From Octopus vulgaris (Eukaryota): DNA of 64,000 nucleotides. Within the stretch, counting starts at the first letter, position 1. Each line of letters begins with the position of its first letter. This document shows positions 59,831 to 64,000 of this stretch, one piece after another. The notes beneath the pieces were generated by a model. The model was not told the origin of the DNA and did not search any database. It saw nothing but the letters and a program-made list of their open reading frames with translations. The position numbers were made by a program, and so were the translations under genes. The stretch lies in NCBI GenBank assembly GCA_951406725.2, contig OX597820.1:37138001-37202000 (forward strand), read 5' to 3'.

Positions 59831-61657
59831 GAAAGATCTTCAATTGGTTACAAGACAAATGTAAAAGATCTGTTTTATTCTCTTATTATTACTGCCAGCC
59901 CCAATTTTTGTTGAGGTGCAGGAATCTCAGGATGAGGATATTAATTGGGTAAGATGCAGTTGATGAGTAGAATTTTAAGTCTGATACTTATTCTGTTGTC
60001 AAGCGGTGGTGGAACAAATGCAAAATTTGTGATTTTTATCAGTGATTCAATTGAATCTTTCGATTAGAACATTTGCTTGAGAAGGCTAGGATAGAACTTT
60101 TGATGTTATTCTGGTATTGTTCTCAAGATACTTTAAATCTCATATTTTAGAAACTCTGGGCCTTTGTCAGAAACTGTTCTTTAGAGAATTCCCCAAAGAT
60201 GCAAAAACTAATTCCATCAAATTCTGAGTTGCAGTCAATTTCATGGCAAATATCTCTGGCCAATGTGGCACCACATCTACCACAATTAATAGGTAGTAAA
60301 CTCTTGAAATCACATGTTTTTTTTTGGTTTAATGTGAATATATATCCAATATTGTTAAAAATCAAATCAATGTTATAGTAAAGTGCTTTTTTTGTTTTAT
60401 TATCTACCATAGATTAGAATATCAGCTGTAATGTTAACTTCTAGGTTGCCATAAACTAGAATCTCAGCTCCAGTGTTATTTGTTATGTTGAGATTTAAAG
60501 CTTACTGATGAGTTCCTGGAATTCTTCAACTACAGAGAAAATTTCCAGAAACAACCTCTTATAGCAGTATAATCAGCTGGTACAATGAAGAATCTGTATG
60601 GTAGCCTATATTAAGATGCAGATTTAGAAAGAAGCTTCATCCAGTGAAATTTTTCCGTACCTTTCCAACAGTGGGTAATATTGATATTCATACTGATAAT
60701 GGCATTTTCACTACATATATGTCTGCTTTAGTGGCTGGTCCCTCTATTCAGTATACATGCTGTAATTCTCTCTTGTACACATTTTCTACTTTCAGTAGCC
60801 TCACATAGTAACATTTCAAAGCAAATTTTTTTTTCAGTAGCAGTATGCTACTGTCATTTCAAACTTACTTTTCTCCAGCATCTTGTTTAACCCCAGCACT
60901 CTGAAGCACTTTGCTTCTGATCTTCTTATCATAGAACAGTAGCAAACCTCCTCCTTTCAACTTCTCTTTGCCTACAATTATATTACTCTTTACTGTCTCA
61001 TTTTCTTTCAGTCTTTCCAAACCTGTCTTAGAACTTTTATGGCCCTGTATACATAATATTCTACTGTTGTGTTGTCTTTCCTCTGGATAGAATATTACTC
61101 AAGCCACAGACATATTATGAGGCTTTCGGCACATCTTGTGCATATTCTATATTATAGATCTCTATCTCCTCTTTCTCAAATAGCTTGCCTAGAACCTCTT
61201 TGAAACTGTGTTTAGCAGAAGGATATTTCAATATCCACATATTCCTTTCCAGTCCAATGTAAGGTAATCATATTTTTGTTTGCTAGGATTGATTTAGATA
61301 TATCTGAAAAGACAGTCTATTACAGTTTAGTCCAAGTGAAGTAATCTGTTTTAGACCTATTATGGTGTAGATGCTAGAGAAGACATGAGGGAAAGTGGTG
61401 TAGATTGAGGAGGCCTACAACCAAGTAAATAAACTGTTTTGTATCTATTATGATGTAGATGTGTATTTTTGCTTGCTTAGAATGTTTTTAGACCAAATTA
61501 TAATGACCTGCGCTCATCTCTGAGTGTCTTCATACCAGTTTCACATCAATGTGTCTTTTCCCTTTGTATATATGTTTTCACTGTTTCTAAGTTATTCCAA
61601 TAACCTTTATGTTAACACTTCATTGTCCCTTTTTATTATATTGTCTTTCTATTTCAG

Positions 61658-62046
61658 GTTATCTGATGATATTGAAATAAAAATATTTCACTGATGAGAA
61701 TCAACTTTTTAAGATTAAAGATATCTTAATCAAACTGACGTCAGCCCATTTTGGCAACTCTTGACTTAATGGATGAGAAAAACTTCCTTGGAATTGAGAT
61801 TATGTTAAAAAATTCTTACTCAGTTATAGAAAGATTCTATGTACAGATTAAGCTTTGAAGATAAGTCTTGTCCACTGGATATATATATATTTGATACCTG
61901 GATATATATTTTATAAGTGGAGCAGTTTTACCAACCTTTGGTCATTGGGTATTGATTTCTGGATTCAATCCTAATAAATCTACTTGAAACTCTTTAACAG
62001 CAAAAATATCACCACACTTTGTTACAAGAAAAAAAGATTAAAAGTT
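61658..62046 (+). other. Putative 5' leader part of the coding exon of ZNF gene 5 (uORF MILK* at 61666-61680)
   Basis: TTAACACTTCATTGTCCCT and TTTCAG|G at 61657/61658. Confidence 0.65.
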
Positions 62047-63123
62047 ATGGAAAAAAATGCAGAGCCTGAAACTATTGATTTCCTTACTTATACAGAGGAA
62101 AATACAGAAGAGAAGTCACTTGATTTATGTGGGGAATTATTAACAAAGAAGGGTTTAATTCGGCATCAGTCAATTCACTCAGTCTCAAAGCTGTATAACT
62201 GTGAAGTTTGTGGAAAGACATTTACAAGCAGTACTTTGTTGACTAGCCACAAAGATATCCACAATGGAGAAAAATTATACCAATGTTACATGTGTGATGA
62301 AAAGTTTTCAACAAAGGACAATTTGTCGTCTCACACATGTATTCAAACAGCAGAAAGACCTTACTGTTGCGATATCTGTGGTAAAACATTTTGTAGAAGT
62401 GGTCAGTTGTCTTCCCATAAATATATTCATTCAAGAGAGAGACCTTACCATTGTGATATCTGTGGTCAAACATTTTCTAGAAGTGGTCATTTGATTAACC
62501 ACAAACGCATCCACACAGGCGAAAGGCCATACAACTGTGATATTTGTGATAAAAAATTTTCTAGAATTAGTGAATTATCTTCCCACAAACGTATTCACTT
62601 AGGTGAAAGACAATATCGCTGTCATAGCTGTGATAAAATATTTTCTAACAGAACTGATTTGTCTTCTCATAAACATATTCACTCAGGAGGACGAATATAC
62701 CACTGTGATATCTGTGATACAACATTCTCTCAAAGTGGAAGTTTATCTCAACATAAGCGTATTCATACAGGAGAGAAGCCATACCAGTGTGATATTTGTA
62801 AGAAAAGATTTTCTACTAGCAGTTATTTGTCAACCCACAAACGTACCCACACTGGTGAAAGACCCTACCGTTGTGATATCTGTGGTAAAACATTCACTCA
62901 AAGTGGGTGTTTATCTCAACACAAATATATTCATACAGGAGTAAGACCTTACCATTGTGATATTTGTGGTAAAGCATTTTCTACAACTCGTAATTTAACT
63001 CGACACAAATGTATTCATACAAAAGAGAAAGCATACCACTGTGATATCTGTGATGAAACATTTTCGACTAGGGGTCGTTTATCTTCGCACATACGTATTC
63101 ATACAGGAGAAAGACCTTCATAA
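62047..63123 (+). CDS. C2H2 zinc-finger protein (gene 5), 358 aa, 12 finger units (10 canonical)
   Basis: Start placed at ATG 62047 (AAAGTTATGG, as in paralogs) rather than the TTG at 61984. Tandem C2H2 motifs follow. Confidence 0.93.
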   Translation: MEKNAEPETIDFLTYTEENTEEKSLDLCGELLTKKGLIRHQSIHSVSKLYNCEVCGKTFTSSTLLTSHKDIHNGEKLYQCYMCDEKFSTKDNLSSHTCIQTAERPYCCDICGKTFCRSGQLSSHKYIHSRERPYHCDICGQTFSRSGHLINHKRIHTGERPYNCDICDKKFSRISELSSHKRIHLGERQYRCHSCDKIFSNRTDLSSHKHIHSGGRIYHCDICDTTFSQSGSLSQHKRIHTGEKPYQCDICKKRFSTSSYLSTHKRTHTGERPYRCDICGKTFTQSGCLSQHKYIHTGVRPYHCDICGKAFSTTRNLTRHKCIHTKEKAYHCDICDETFSTRGRLSSHIRIHTGERPS

Positions 63124-63384
63124 CACTGAGATTTCTGTTATAAAGCATTGTCACAAAATAGTAGTTTATTTTGATACAAATATATTTATTGAGGAGAAAG
63201 AAAGACCACACCGTTGTGATATCTGCAGTGAAACATTTTCTGGAAGTGGTAATTTTTACTCAGTATATACACACACACACACGCATAAGAAATAAACAAT
63301 ACTCATATATAAATATATTAATAATAATATGACAACAAAAGAATGAATGAGACCTTGATATTATGTAAATAGAGGAATTTATCT

Positions 63385-63780
63385 ATATATATATATAATA
63401 TAGGACAATCAGGAAGTTGTCATAATAATACTCAGTTTCAAATACCGGAGTTAAAAGCTTCTAGGCATTTATCATCAGTTATTAAGACAAGAATGCTATG
63501 AAAAAAAAACATTGAATAAAGGGAAGTTACTCTAATAGGCATGGAAATAACAGTAAAAGATATTAAATATTATATAAATACAACCACATACTCATAAAGA
63601 TAGAACTCTTCGTTCATAAAATCTACATATGTACACATATATGTATGTATATATTTTTTTCATAGCGTTCTTTTCTTAATAACTAATGATAAATGCCTAG
63701 AAGCTTTTAGCTCTGGTATTTGAAACTCTGAGTATTATTATGACAGCTTACTGATTGCCTTATATTATATATATATATAT
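63385..63780. mobile_element. Fold-back MITE with ~125 bp inverted arms in a (TA)n site downstream of gene 5
   Basis: GTCATAATAATACTCAG...AAAAGCTTCTAGGCATTTATCAT...GCTATGAAAAAA is inverted relative to TTTTTTCATAGC...ATGATAAATGCCTAGAAGCTTTT...CTGAGTATTATTATGAC. Confidence 0.85.
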
Positions 63781-64000
63781 GGTAAATTATTTTCTATAAG
63801 TAACAATATATTTTATAATAAATTTATTTCTTTAATGCATCAGTGTCATAATAATGTTTTTATATCCTTTATTTTATACTGGCAGTTTAACTTACACCAC
63901 ATTTCATTATAAACAGTTTGACCTGGTGGATATACAGGGTGGAGCAGAGAGGATAGAAGTATTTGAAAATTTCACAAAATCATTGATTTTAGCTACAAAC

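Noticed and set aside
61984-62046. 21-codon N-terminal extension of gene 5 in the ORF track
   Set aside because: Starts at TTG. The ATG at 62047 aligns with the start codons and context of all paralogs.

Overview
AT-rich eukaryotic DNA, most likely an octopus (coleoid cephalopod) genome. This is inferred from the tRNA-headed SINEs, RTE LINEs with (GAT)n tails and the clustered effector-less C2H2 genes; no database search was run. The window holds a tandem cluster of five intact C2H2 zinc-finger genes whose coding region lies in one exon: 4635-5294 +, 14131-15132 +, 25409-26692 -, 43048-44133 +, 62047-63123 +. A decayed finger array lies at about 29000-29580. All five genes share a duplicated non-coding architecture: a conserved ~500 bp upstream block containing a putative exon-1 donor (TTAGAG|GT/GC), a 1.6-9.5 kb intron, a conserved acceptor and a 296-423 nt 5' leader. 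Each leader opens with the same positionally fixed micro-ORF, (G-Y-L)-M-x-L-R/K/N-stop, which differs between copies largely by synonymous and frame-preserving changes; this is the best candidate for an undescribed regulatory element. The rest is a layered set of transposon relics: RTE, R4/Dong and Tx1-like LINEs, SINEs, Tc1/mariner, pogo/Tigger, hAT, piggyBac, Merlin and Helitron. There is also a Penelope-type fragment carrying a variant minimal hammerhead ribozyme motif. Splice sites, TE family names and most TE boundaries were called by eye and are approximate.
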